64,000 nt of DNA from IMG/VR virus record IMGVR_UViG_3300027963_000040; one strand, written 5' to 3'. This document shows positions 18,595 through 28,088 of the stretch, piece after piece (the stretch's first letter is position 1; the number at the start of each line of letters is the position of its first letter). This stretch comes from a virus. Made by a program: the position numbers and the translations under genes. The notes under the pieces are model-generated. The model saw only the letters and a list, made by a program, of their open reading frames with translations. It searched no databases and was not told the origin of the DNA.

Positions 18595-20424
18595 TTATTC
18601 TTTCTGTAAGAGTTTTAACTGTTTTTTCAAATCCTCAACTTCACCAAGTAGACCTTTTACAGCCTCAACCAAAACTGGTATTAGTTTTTTTTCATCTACT
18701 GTTAAGTATGGGTCTTCTGGATCATAATTGATGTCATCTTTCGGTGTGAGCGTCCCATCAGCTTCTTTATTTTTATATTGTAACAACTGAACTGAAGCTG
18801 CTTGAGGTAATACTGCTTTGACTTCTTGTGCAATAAGACCTATCTGCACACCAGGCTCGGTATTCTCTAATATTTTGTTGCCAATATCATTCCATTCGAA
18901 ACGATAACCGTTAAGACCATTAATGATATCACGCCAATCATCAATCTTTTTTATATTCTTTTTGAGGCGTCTATCTGACCAATAAGCTATGATATTACCT
19001 GTGGCATATATATTACCGCCTGCTTCAAATAGCCAACGTGTTACATCGTCTTGTGTACGAAAACCATGAGACCACTGATTTGACGCACCACCTCTATAAT
19101 ACGAAGTGTCACCATAAACAAAATTCAATCGTGCCCAGCCTTCAGAAGAATAATTCCAAGTTCCAGTATTAAGGTTTAAATAATTTAATCGTGACTGTCC
19201 ATTTGGATTGCAATAATACCCAGTGTCATCACTATCGTAGAATATAGGAGCTCTTAATGAACCACCCGCCTGAAGAAAAGCGCTCGTCTCAAAGTTAGTG
19301 CCATTAAAGTATAGATAGTTACCGCCGTTACCAAAATAATAAACACCAGTAGTTGGCGAGCCAGGTCTATAAGCATTTACATCGCCTGCAACATGAAGCT
19401 TATATGTCGGTGAAGTCACACCAATTCCCGTGTTACCATTAGAATCAATACGCACGCGTTCAGCATTATTTGTAGCAAAAACCAATGTTCCATCAGCTGG
19501 TGAAAACATTCCACCGTCAGTATCATTGGTGCCAAAAGAATATCCAGCAACACCCGTTCCATAAGTTGCACCACCCAAAGCCCTGATACCACCATTCACA
19601 TCAAGTCTTGCGGTTGGTGAAGTTTGATTGATTCCCATATTACCACTAGAATCAATACGCACACGTTCAGCTGATGATGTATACAAACTTATGATTCCAT
19701 TGGCAGCACTTCCAAGTTGCCCAATATGCATTACCATATTATTTGCAATAGAAAACATTCTGGGATTATTTGTACCAGCAACATCAACATATAAGCCCAC
19801 GGTTGTATTGTCTGGGTTTAGAAAATTTATTTCTCCACCTTCGCTGCTGCCGCCATTTAAGAATGTACCAACACCATCAGTTTTACTACCACCAACTACA
19901 TGCAATTTACCAGTGGGAGATGCCGTACCAATACCTACGTTACCATTAGCAACAAAATAAGCTGAAGTTCCAATAGTGAATGTGTTAGTAGAAGAGCTAT
20001 TAGCAAATGTGGCAGTGCCTTGGTAAATTGTAGAATTAACGGTTACACCTGATATAGAAATCTGACCTGCAGTTATATTTGTATTTACTGATGTATTGCC
20101 GACATAATGCGTTGTAGCATTGATAAATGAATTTGTACTAACATATAAAAATGAGCTAGAAGATAAAGTGACATTGCCAGACACATTAGCGGCGCCAACA
20201 ATATCAAGTTTTGCTGTAGGAGATGCAGTACCAATACCTACGTTTCCATTAGCAACAAAATAAGCTGAGGTTCCAATTGTTGCAACATTGGTCGTTGTGG
20301 TCAAATTAGCCGAATTAGCAGTACCAACAGACATCGATGTAATAGCAGTCGCATTAGCGGTTATGCTATTATACATAGCATTTGCTATAAAACCAAAATT
20401 TGAGAGATCATTTGTAATAGTCAT
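18595..20424 (-). CDS. Tail fibre with GNVGIGT repeats and C-terminal S74 chaperone
   Basis: GNVGIGTASPT and ERVRIDSxGN repeats; YWSDRRLKKNI; GLIAQEVKAVLP. Confidence 0.88.
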   Translation of the reverse strand: MTITNDLSNFGFIANAMYNSITANATAITSMSVGTANSANLTTTTNVATIGTSAYFVANGNVGIGTASPTAKLDIVGAANVSGNVTLSSSSFLYVSTNSFINATTHYVGNTSVNTNITAGQISISGVTVNSTIYQGTATFANSSSTNTFTIGTSAYFVANGNVGIGTASPTGKLHVVGGSKTDGVGTFLNGGSSEGGEINFLNPDNTTVGLYVDVAGTNNPRMFSIANNMVMHIGQLGSAANGIISLYTSSAERVRIDSSGNMGINQTSPTARLDVNGGIRALGGATYGTGVAGYSFGTNDTDGGMFSPADGTLVFATNNAERVRIDSNGNTGIGVTSPTYKLHVAGDVNAYRPGSPTTGVYYFGNGGNYLYFNGTNFETSAFLQAGGSLRAPIFYDSDDTGYYCNPNGQSRLNYLNLNTGTWNYSSEGWARLNFVYGDTSYYRGGASNQWSHGFRTQDDVTRWLFEAGGNIYATGNIIAYWSDRRLKKNIKKIDDWRDIINGLNGYRFEWNDIGNKILENTEPGVQIGLIAQEVKAVLPQAASVQLLQYKNKEADGTLTPKDDINYDPEDPYLTVDEKKLIPVLVEAVKGLLGEVEDLKKQLKLLQKE

Positions 20425-20615
20425 TGATTATTACTTTCTTCTGCTGGCTTGATAATAAGATCGTCAGATTCAACTAATTGCATGATGTTGGCGTAGTCAG
20501 TGTTGGCTGGGTCGATGGGCACAGATGAAGTAACGCCATTGATATCGACCCTTATGCCGCCAATTGTTGACGTGCCTAAAATGCAATAATATTGCGCGTT
20601 TGTGTATTTCTGCAT
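20421..20615 (-). CDS. 64-aa fibre assembly/chaperone-like protein (copy 2)
   Basis: Starts at MQKYTN (20615); VPIDPANTDY motif; near-identical C-terminal half to 21640..21834. Confidence 0.75.
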   Translation of the reverse strand: MQKYTNAQYYCILGTSTIGGIRVDINGVTSSVPIDPANTDYANIMQLVESDDLIIKPAEESNNQ

Positions 20616-20617
20616 TA

Positions 20618-21643
20618 TTAAAGCTCCGCTGCAAAAGTTAAATAAGTAGTCGAATCTATTGTAGAAAATGCAAACCCGGCTGGAACAGACACTGCCGCAA
20701 ATCGCATTGCCATTGAACCGCTGCCCGCAAATATTGATGGAGTTCCAGATATATTCCCTGCCGTCCATGTACCAACAATTGTTGCAGTTGGATTTGCTCT
20801 CATTGTTGCTGGATAAGTCAATGTTAAAGTGCCGTAGTTACCCGAAGTGGCATATCCAGCAAAATAAATATCAGCAGCCGTGTTGCCGCCAAGCTTTAAA
20901 AAATACCGCTGGCACAGCATCAACGTCTCGCCAATCGGCAGCCGCTCAAATGGAGTAGCTACACTACCAGCTTCTAGTTGAACATTGCCAATTGTCCAGG
21001 TTCCGGAAGTCTGCGCGCCCACCGTCAGCACAATCTCAATCCCGGTTGTGGCTGCGCTCGGGACGCTGACAGAAGCTGTGTAGTTAGTGACGGTGCTAGT
21101 CACGGTAAACGTGCCGGTGGCAATCTGCGTGCGCGTGGGGCTTGCTAACGTGCCAAAGGTATCAGCCGTATTGGCGTAGTAAGCCGTCCATGTCACTGTA
21201 GTCAGCAGCGAGTTTGCCAGATCAACGCTAAAGGTTGCCGTGCCGTTGTTTAGATCATAACTATTGATAGCCTCAACTCGCTGACCAAAACCGATTGCAG
21301 TAACGCTCGCCGCTCCTGTGAACCTGTAACGATACTGATCGATACCAGAACCAGCAACACGTTGCCCTGTTACGTTAGCTCCAGTACAATAACCATAGAA
21401 ACGATCCACGCTGTAGGCTAGAGCAGCTGCAGCAGTAAATGTTTGCGCCGATCCAGCATTGCGCTGGTCAACAGCCATACCGCCATTAATGATTCTATTA
21501 CGGCGATATCCATTTGTTAATGTTGGTAATACCGTAGTACCATTGATTGTCATTCCAGTCACTGCAGTATTATTAGCAGTTATGCTATTATATACAGCAT
21601 TAGCTATTGTAGCTACCTTGGAAAGACCTACTGAATCAGTCAT
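20618..21643 (-). CDS. Tail fibre/receptor-binding protein (RRNRIING domain)
   Basis: RRNRIINGGMAVDQRN...QLEAGSVATPFERLPIGETLMLCQRY; paralogous to the C-terminal half of 21837..23957. Confidence 0.8.
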   Translation of the reverse strand: MTDSVGLSKVATIANAVYNSITANNTAVTGMTINGTTVLPTLTNGYRRNRIINGGMAVDQRNAGSAQTFTAAAALAYSVDRFYGYCTGANVTGQRVAGSGIDQYRYRFTGAASVTAIGFGQRVEAINSYDLNNGTATFSVDLANSLLTTVTWTAYYANTADTFGTLASPTRTQIATGTFTVTSTVTNYTASVSVPSAATTGIEIVLTVGAQTSGTWTIGNVQLEAGSVATPFERLPIGETLMLCQRYFLKLGGNTAADIYFAGYATSGNYGTLTLTYPATMRANPTATIVGTWTAGNISGTPSIFAGSGSMAMRFAAVSVPAGFAFSTIDSTTYLTFAAEL

Positions 21644-21834
21644 TGATTATTGCTTTCTTCTGCTGGTTTGATAATAAGATCACCAGATTCAACTAGTTGC
21701 ATGATGTTGGAATAGTCAGTATTGGCTGGGTCAAGTGGGACAAACGAAAGCACTCCATTGATGTCAACAGAAATACAAGTCACGATACCGCTGTATTTAT
21801 CTGTAATATATTGAATATTAGTGTATGTAATCAT
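21640..21834 (-). CDS. 64-aa fibre assembly/chaperone-like protein (copy 1)
   Basis: VPLDPANTDY motif; follows the RRNRIING-domain fibre. Confidence 0.75.
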   Translation of the reverse strand: MITYTNIQYITDKYSGIVTCISVDINGVLSFVPLDPANTDYSNIMQLVESGDLIIKPAEESNNQ

Positions 21835-21836
21835 GA

Positions 21837-23957
21837 TTATAACTCCGCTGAAAGAATACCAGGACCTGAGTAAACTAGAGGTTGACCAATTGTACCAGCA
21901 TTGGATGTTGAAGTACCGTCAAATTTTATTCCTTGATTGTTTATAGAAATATTTGCAACAGTTGCTGTCACACCTCCAAAACCAATAAGTTGAAAAGATG
22001 TTGAAGTTCCACTAAGAGTTGGAGCTGCGCGCATTGTCCCAGGAAACTTAAAAAATGTTGCCCCGGCATTAGTACTATACATGGTTCCCACCGGACCAAA
22101 CTCCCCAGAATTAGGCAGCACATTGCAATATCGCTGACATAACATTAGCATCTCACCAATCGGCAACCGTTCAAATGGTGTGGCTACACTACCAGATTCT
22201 AGTTGAAAATTACCAATAACCCAAGTTCCAGAAGTCTGAGCACCTACGGTAAATACAATCTCGATACCAGTTGTGGCTGCAGCTGGAATACTAATTGAAG
22301 CGGAATAATTTGTCACTGTGCTTGTGACAGTAAAAGTTCCTGTTGCAATTTGTGTGCGTGTAGGACTTGCTAGCGATCCAAATGTATCCGCTGTATTTGC
22401 ATAATAAGCAGTCCACGTCACTGTTGTTAATAATGAATTTGATAAGTCAACACTTAAAATGGCTGTGCTATTATTTAAATCATAGCTATTGGAAGTTTCG
22501 ATACGCTGCGCAAAACCAATTGCTGTAACACTTGCTGCACCAGTAAACTGATAACGATATTGTGTTGTACCAGAACCAGCAACACGCTGACCTGTTACGT
22601 TAGCACCAGTACAATATCCATACCATCGATCCACACTATATGCTAAGGCTGCTCCTGCAGTAAAAGTCTGTGCTGAACCAGAATTGCGCTGGTCAATTTG
22701 CATTGCACCATTGATGATTCTATTACGTCTGAATCCACCAGTACTTGGATATACAGAATTGCCATTCATTGAAATAGCAGCTGCAGTAATATTTGTGTTT
22801 ACAGTTGAATTGCCAACAAATGCAGAAGTTGCATTGACAACAACATTTGATCCAACTAAAAGAGAAGCATTGCTGACTGATAAGTTAGCAGTGAAACTTA
22901 GTGTATTAGACCAAGTGTATTGAGCTGTTGTATTGATTGCAGCAAGTGAAACCGAATTATATCCAACAACATCGACGATATCATTTGATAAAGCTGCAGC
23001 AGCAAGAACAACAGTTGAACCATTTGTTGCTGTTACTTCAGTACCATTGATTAGCTTCACACCATTCTTGTATACGTCAATATAGTTAACAGTATAACCG
23101 CCAGTTATAGTAAATGATGTATTGACAGTGGAGTTAGCCGTGAATGTTTGTCTGACATAAGTTGCTCCACTTATAAGTGATCCAACACCTTGATAACCAA
23201 ACACATCAACAACTTGACCATTCAATGGAGCAGTAGTAAAGTTAACAGTTGAACCTGAAGTGACAGTCACATCAGATCCGGGAACTTGTTTTACACCACC
23301 GACAAAAACTTCAATAGCAGAAGGTATGTAACCGCCAGCTATGGTGAAAGTATTACTAGTGCCGTTAGCTGTAAACTGTTGAGATATGTAAGAAGAATAG
23401 CTATATGATCCGGTACTAAGTGTACCAGCATTGAATGCAACAACATCAATAACTGTATTACTTGGTGCAGCAGCAGCTAAAGTAACAATGCTACCACTTG
23501 TTACATCAACATCGGTGCCATTGATTAGTTTTACACCGTTCTTGTAAACATCAATATAACCGGGACTATATCCACCCACTATTGTAAATGTCGTATTTAC
23601 CGTAGCATTAGCAGTGAATGTTTGTCTTATAGAACTAGCACCCGATGAAGAGCCCCAATAAACACCAGATCCATTTGATGTTAAAATCTGATTAGCTGTT
23701 CCAGTAGAACCATTTGCAATCAATCTTTGCGAATTACCGATAGCAACTGTTGTTGTATTAACCGTAAAACGCGAAGTTGCATTACCAACAGCAATAGTTG
23801 TATTGTTCGATCCAATTTCGAAAATACCAGTAGCGTTAGCCGAGAATAAAATTCCGTCAGTAGTATTGATAGCAAGCTCTCCGGAAGACACTGTTGTTGT
23901 CGTTGGACGAGTACCACTTACTGCATTTCTTCTTAGCTGAAAGACTGTATTAGCCAT
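21837..23957 (-). CDS. Tail fibre with Mtd-like N-terminus, three ~75-aa repeats and RRNRIING domain
   Basis: FQLRR...GELAINTTDGILF N-terminus; three xQxFTAN...GGY...I(D/E)V(Y/F)xxGVK repeats; likely start MANTVF at 23957. Confidence 0.82.
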   Translation of the reverse strand: MANTVFQLRRNAVSGTRPTTTTVSSGELAINTTDGILFSANATGIFEIGSNNTTIAVGNATSRFTVNTTTVAIGNSQRLIANGSTGTANQILTSNGSGVYWGSSSGASSIRQTFTANATVNTTFTIVGGYSPGYIDVYKNGVKLINGTDVDVTSGSIVTLAAAAPSNTVIDVVAFNAGTLSTGSYSYSSYISQQFTANGTSNTFTIAGGYIPSAIEVFVGGVKQVPGSDVTVTSGSTVNFTTAPLNGQVVDVFGYQGVGSLISGATYVRQTFTANSTVNTSFTITGGYTVNYIDVYKNGVKLINGTEVTATNGSTVVLAAAALSNDIVDVVGYNSVSLAAINTTAQYTWSNTLSFTANLSVSNASLLVGSNVVVNATSAFVGNSTVNTNITAAAISMNGNSVYPSTGGFRRNRIINGAMQIDQRNSGSAQTFTAGAALAYSVDRWYGYCTGANVTGQRVAGSGTTQYRYQFTGAASVTAIGFAQRIETSNSYDLNNSTAILSVDLSNSLLTTVTWTAYYANTADTFGSLASPTRTQIATGTFTVTSTVTNYSASISIPAAATTGIEIVFTVGAQTSGTWVIGNFQLESGSVATPFERLPIGEMLMLCQRYCNVLPNSGEFGPVGTMYSTNAGATFFKFPGTMRAAPTLSGTSTSFQLIGFGGVTATVANISINNQGIKFDGTSTSNAGTIGQPLVYSGPGILSAEL

Positions 23958-24412
23958 TAGCTCCAATCATCTTTCTTTTTATTTACTTTTTTCTCTTCGC
24001 TTGGAATTTTTTGATGTGAATCAAGTAGTGTTTGATATTCAACTTGAAGTTTTTGATAAGCATCATTCACCAAATTATAATTATTCATATGCTCTTCATA
24101 GTTCTTTTCGATCTTGTCACATTTTTCTTTCAGATCACCAAGAGCAATGATTTCATCTCTATACCTTGCATGTTCATCACGATAGGTATCTCTTTGAATA
24201 GTCGTAGCTTCAAGACCAGCTAGAAGTTGTGTGACTTGTTCAGATAGAGTAAAATTTTTATCTGTCTCTTCTCTGATGGAAGTATCTTTTGCTTTTAATG
24301 AATCATTAAGCAGAGAGATTTTAGCCTCAGCTTCAAGACATCTTCTCATAACATCAATGATAAATGTTTCTTGACATTTCATGTAAGACAAAGTAAATTT
24401 TTCATCAGTCAT
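23957..24412 (-). CDS. Coiled-coil hypothetical protein
   Basis: Heptad-rich, 151 aa; GGAG SD. Confidence 0.7.
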   Translation of the reverse strand: MTDEKFTLSYMKCQETFIIDVMRRCLEAEAKISLLNDSLKAKDTSIREETDKNFTLSEQVTQLLAGLEATTIQRDTYRDEHARYRDEIIALGDLKEKCDKIEKNYEEHMNNYNLVNDAYQKLQVEYQTLLDSHQKIPSEEKKVNKKKDDWS

Positions 24413-24427
24413 AATAAAATTCTCCTA

Positions 24428-27391
24428 TTAGAAGGAACCACCATCAAGTGTTCCATAAACGAGCGTTGAGCCATTGGATTGTAGAACATAACCATTTGTT
24501 CCAAGATTTAGTTTTGATAAAGATGTAGATCCACTTGCAACAATAATATCACCAACAGCAAACGAAGTCAAACCAGTACCACCAACGTTTGCAGACAAAG
24601 TACCAGTTACAATATTCGTGGCGTCAGTATAGTAAGTGGCTGGTTGACCATTTAGATTTGTAGCATTACTAGAAGTACCACCATAGCTAGTCGAGTTAAT
24701 CGTGACACCGGATAGTGATATCTGACCTGCGGTAATATTGGTGTTGACCGTAGAGTTACCAACGAAGTGCGACGTTGTATTTATGTAAGAATTTACACCG
24801 GCATATACAAAGCCGAAGTTCGTGTTCGTGCCAGTGAAGTTAATATTACCGGAAACTGTAAAGTTACCAGATGTATTAACAACGGCGGAACTCAATCTAG
24901 CATCGGGTAATGTACCAGTCGTAAGATTGGTTGCATTAGTATAAATGGCTAAACCATTTACAAAGAAACCATTCGTATTAACTACAGCATTGACTGTAGC
25001 ATTACCAACTGCTAGAGACGAACCATTCAGAATCGCTGTATTACCGGCATTGATTGTAATCGACGAATTTGTAGTCGATACATTGATTGTAGAGTTACCA
25101 ACAATTAGATTTGCCTGGAATGTTTGAGTTCCAGTTATTGTAAATGCTGCTGATGTATTAACAACATTGGCGCCAAGCTGCGCGTAAGGAAGTGTACCGG
25201 TCGTAATGTTAGTTGCGTTAGTATAGTAAGACGCAGGCTGACCATTCAGATTATTGGCGTTATTCGCCGTTCCTTGATAAATCGTAGAGTTAACAGTTAC
25301 ACCAGAGATAGAAACCTGACCAGCGGTGATGCTTGTATTTACAGTTGTGTTACCTGTAAATAATGCCGTAGTACTAACTACTGTATTCGCACCGACATAC
25401 ACCGCACTGAAATAGTTGTTAGTACCAGTGAAATTGATATTACCAGCAACTGTAAAATTAGCCGAAGTGTTTACGTATACAGAAGCTGCAGCGCCAGCAA
25501 GATTATTGGCATTGTTAGCGGTGCCAGAATAATTGGTCGCAGTGATTGTCGCACCAGAGATGCTAATCTGACCTGCAGTGGTGTTTGTATAAACTGTGGC
25601 ATTACCAACCGCAACCATGGTTGTATTGATAACAACATTTGCACCAACAAACAATCCGTTATTAAAATAATTATTTGTTGATGTGATATTTAAATTACCG
25701 CCAATAACAAAATTACCAGAAGTGTTTACGATGGCTGAACTATGTCTAGCATCAGGCAATGTTCCGGTAGTAATGTTGGTAGCATTAGTATAATAAGAAG
25801 CGAGTTGCCCATTCAGGTAAGTTGAATTATTTGACGTACCGCTGAAATTCGTAGCATTAATCGTACCGTAAGTTGTAGTGTTACCTACGTAAAGATTATT
25901 TGCTTGGAACGGAGCGATATTGAACGAATTGTTTGACTGATCAATGTAAACACTTGCATCTGGTTCTGGAATATAACCATCGAATACTTTCCAAACACCA
26001 GTTACGTGGTCTCTGAAGAAACCAGTATGGTGATATGTTCCGTCATTATAAGCAGCAGCAAAACCAAGATCCGGATTTGTATCTGACTGACCTCTAGCAA
26101 GACCACCTGATGTATAAGCAGCTGAGTTAGTATTAGCAACTTTAAACGTAGTCGAATTAGCTACCGTAACAACATAAGTGCCATTATAGGACGAAGGTGT
26201 TACATTAGTTACTAGAACAGACCAAGTAGGAGCAAAATTATTATTTGCAGTGAATGTAATAACACTACCATTTCCGCTGATATTACTGATGTTTGTCAGA
26301 ACACCTTGGTTCAAGAATAGCATGTTATCGGTATACGCTACGGTATTACCATTGATAACATTATAAGAACCACTAACCGTTAAGTTACCTGTGATTACTA
26401 CAGAGCCACCTAGATTAGTATTTCCAAGTGTTGAAAGAGTTCCAGTGTTTACGGCAGTAGAGTTTACAGTCGTGTAAACGCTGGTATTACCAACAGTGAT
26501 TTGAGTTGTGTTAACAACGACATTTGCGCCAACAACAAGACCGGAAGCATAAACATTTGTAAACTGATTATTCGCACCAGTAAAATTGATATTGCCTGCT
26601 ACGGTATAGTTACCCGAAGTATTAACATAAGAACCAGAAGAAGCGCCGCCAAGATTATTAGCGTTATTCGCCGTACCGGTGTAAATTGTAGAGTTGACTG
26701 TCGCACCAGAGATTGCAATCTGCCCAGCCGACATATTTGTATTGACTGTAGCATTACCAACAAACGCAGAAGTTGTGTTAACAGTTACATTGGCACCAAT
26801 GTATAAACCCTGGGTGAAATAATTGTTGGCTGCAGTTAGATTAAGATTGCCACCAACCGTAAAGTTACCAGATGTATTGACGTATACAGATGCCGCAGCT
26901 CCGCCGAGATTATTGGCATTGTTGGCTGTACCGGAATAATTGGTTGCATTTACAGTACCAGCGCCGATACCGACTGTATTCGTGGTTTTATCAAACGTGA
27001 AACCAGCCGAAGCGTTCAGAGATATAGAATCGTTAAACTGAATTTGAGTATTAGAACCAGCAACTCCTGGTAATGGAGTGTACCAATAAACGTTTGCTCC
27101 ATTGGTTGCAAGTAATTGCCCAGCACTACCTAAAGATCCATTTGCATAGACAGATCTGACGTTTACCGTAAGGACTTTAATCTGATCTAGGAAACCGGTA
27201 GAGTTTGCTACAAGAGCTTGATTGGCGGTTAATACGCCTGGAAATCTAGCACCACCAATAGCAACAATTGAACCGTTCGGGCTACCAATAAAAAGTTGAT
27301 CGCCATTAGAAGTATAAGCAAGCTCGCCATTGGCCAATCCAATAGGATTAGCATTGGTAGTACTACGCTTGATTTGAATCTGATTAGCCAT
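24428..27391 (-). CDS. Long tail fibre, N/T-rich with internal repeats
   Basis: IQIKRS...LANGELAY N-terminus; repeats YYTNATNITTGTL and GTANNANNL; ends LDGGSF. Confidence 0.82.
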   Translation of the reverse strand: MANQIQIKRSTTNANPIGLANGELAYTSNGDQLFIGSPNGSIVAIGGARFPGVLTANQALVANSTGFLDQIKVLTVNVRSVYANGSLGSAGQLLATNGANVYWYTPLPGVAGSNTQIQFNDSISLNASAGFTFDKTTNTVGIGAGTVNATNYSGTANNANNLGGAAASVYVNTSGNFTVGGNLNLTAANNYFTQGLYIGANVTVNTTSAFVGNATVNTNMSAGQIAISGATVNSTIYTGTANNANNLGGASSGSYVNTSGNYTVAGNINFTGANNQFTNVYASGLVVGANVVVNTTQITVGNTSVYTTVNSTAVNTGTLSTLGNTNLGGSVVITGNLTVSGSYNVINGNTVAYTDNMLFLNQGVLTNISNISGNGSVITFTANNNFAPTWSVLVTNVTPSSYNGTYVVTVANSTTFKVANTNSAAYTSGGLARGQSDTNPDLGFAAAYNDGTYHHTGFFRDHVTGVWKVFDGYIPEPDASVYIDQSNNSFNIAPFQANNLYVGNTTTYGTINATNFSGTSNNSTYLNGQLASYYTNATNITTGTLPDARHSSAIVNTSGNFVIGGNLNITSTNNYFNNGLFVGANVVINTTMVAVGNATVYTNTTAGQISISGATITATNYSGTANNANNLAGAAASVYVNTSANFTVAGNINFTGTNNYFSAVYVGANTVVSTTALFTGNTTVNTSITAGQVSISGVTVNSTIYQGTANNANNLNGQPASYYTNATNITTGTLPYAQLGANVVNTSAAFTITGTQTFQANLIVGNSTINVSTTNSSITINAGNTAILNGSSLAVGNATVNAVVNTNGFFVNGLAIYTNATNLTTGTLPDARLSSAVVNTSGNFTVSGNINFTGTNTNFGFVYAGVNSYINTTSHFVGNSTVNTNITAGQISLSGVTINSTSYGGTSSNATNLNGQPATYYTDATNIVTGTLSANVGGTGLTSFAVGDIIVASGSTSLSKLNLGTNGYVLQSNGSTLVYGTLDGGSF

Positions 27392-27750
27392 TAAAAGCTG
27401 CCCCCGTCTAGGTCCATTTGTCTAATGACATATTTATTGTTTGTTGTATTGAACACCAGCGTGCTGTTATTTGCCGGAGGATTTTGTGAAAGCTGAACGT
27501 CGGAAATCGAAGACACGGTGATATTCGCTATACTATTAGCTACAAGATTTGATGCATAAACTATCGCGTTCGCGTAAGTCGTGGCATCATTAGCCAACAT
27601 AACAGTCGAATTAGAATACCTACTAAGATCAGAAATGGCTGAAGTGGTTACAACAGGAACACTGGATGGCACTGTCAAAAGCGAGCCGTTTTGATTGACT
27701 ACCTTAACTTTATATTGGTTATTCGTTATCGATTTAACTACGAAAGCCAT
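27391..27750 (-). CDS. Small fibre-related virion protein
   Basis: ISDVQL...NSTLVFN motif; ends LDGGSF like the adjacent fibre. Confidence 0.65.
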   Translation of the reverse strand: MAFVVKSITNNQYKVKVVNQNGSLLTVPSSVPVVTTSAISDLSRYSNSTVMLANDATTYANAIVYASNLVANSIANITVSSISDVQLSQNPPANNSTLVFNTTNNKYVIRQMDLDGGSF

Positions 27751-27752
27751 GA

Positions 27753-28079
27753 TTACCTCGTCACTTGTGGAGTGACCGTTACAATTCCTTCAACAATACG
27801 CGATCGAACCCCAGTAAGATCTTCGACCTCAACATCATATACATAACGACCTGCAACAATACTTCCCGTTGTTGCAGCGCCCATAGAAAGAGTTACTTGT
27901 CCATTACTATTCAATCCGACATTGAATGTGTAAGCGCTCGACGAAGAATATGTTTTTCTAATCTGAGAATTAGCCGTATAGCCTGTGAAATCGATTGGCT
28001 CGTCTGATATGTTGTGGATTGTATACGTTGTATTGAACGTAGCTCCCTGGTCGATTACAATGTTTATTTTAGCTGCCAT
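27753..28079 (-). CDS. Conserved virion/baseplate adaptor-like protein
   Basis: NIVIDQGATF...GRYVYDVEV...RIVEGIVTVTPQVT pattern. Confidence 0.72.
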   Translation of the reverse strand: MAAKINIVIDQGATFNTTYTIHNISDEPIDFTGYTANSQIRKTYSSSSAYTFNVGLNSNGQVTLSMGAATTGSIVAGRYVYDVEVEDLTGVRSRIVEGIVTVTPQVTR

Positions 28080-28088
28080 GTCAACCTC

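Noticed and set aside
20616-20768. N-terminal half of the 115-aa ORF 20421..20768
   Set aside because: It overlaps the 341-aa fibre in another frame; the paralogue shows the real gene is 64 aa starting at 20615.
20421-22740. Diversity-generating retroelement (TR/VR pair) or invertase shufflon
   Set aside because: There is no reverse transcriptase or recombinase in the window. Both copies are coding direct repeats, and the differences are not adenine-specific.
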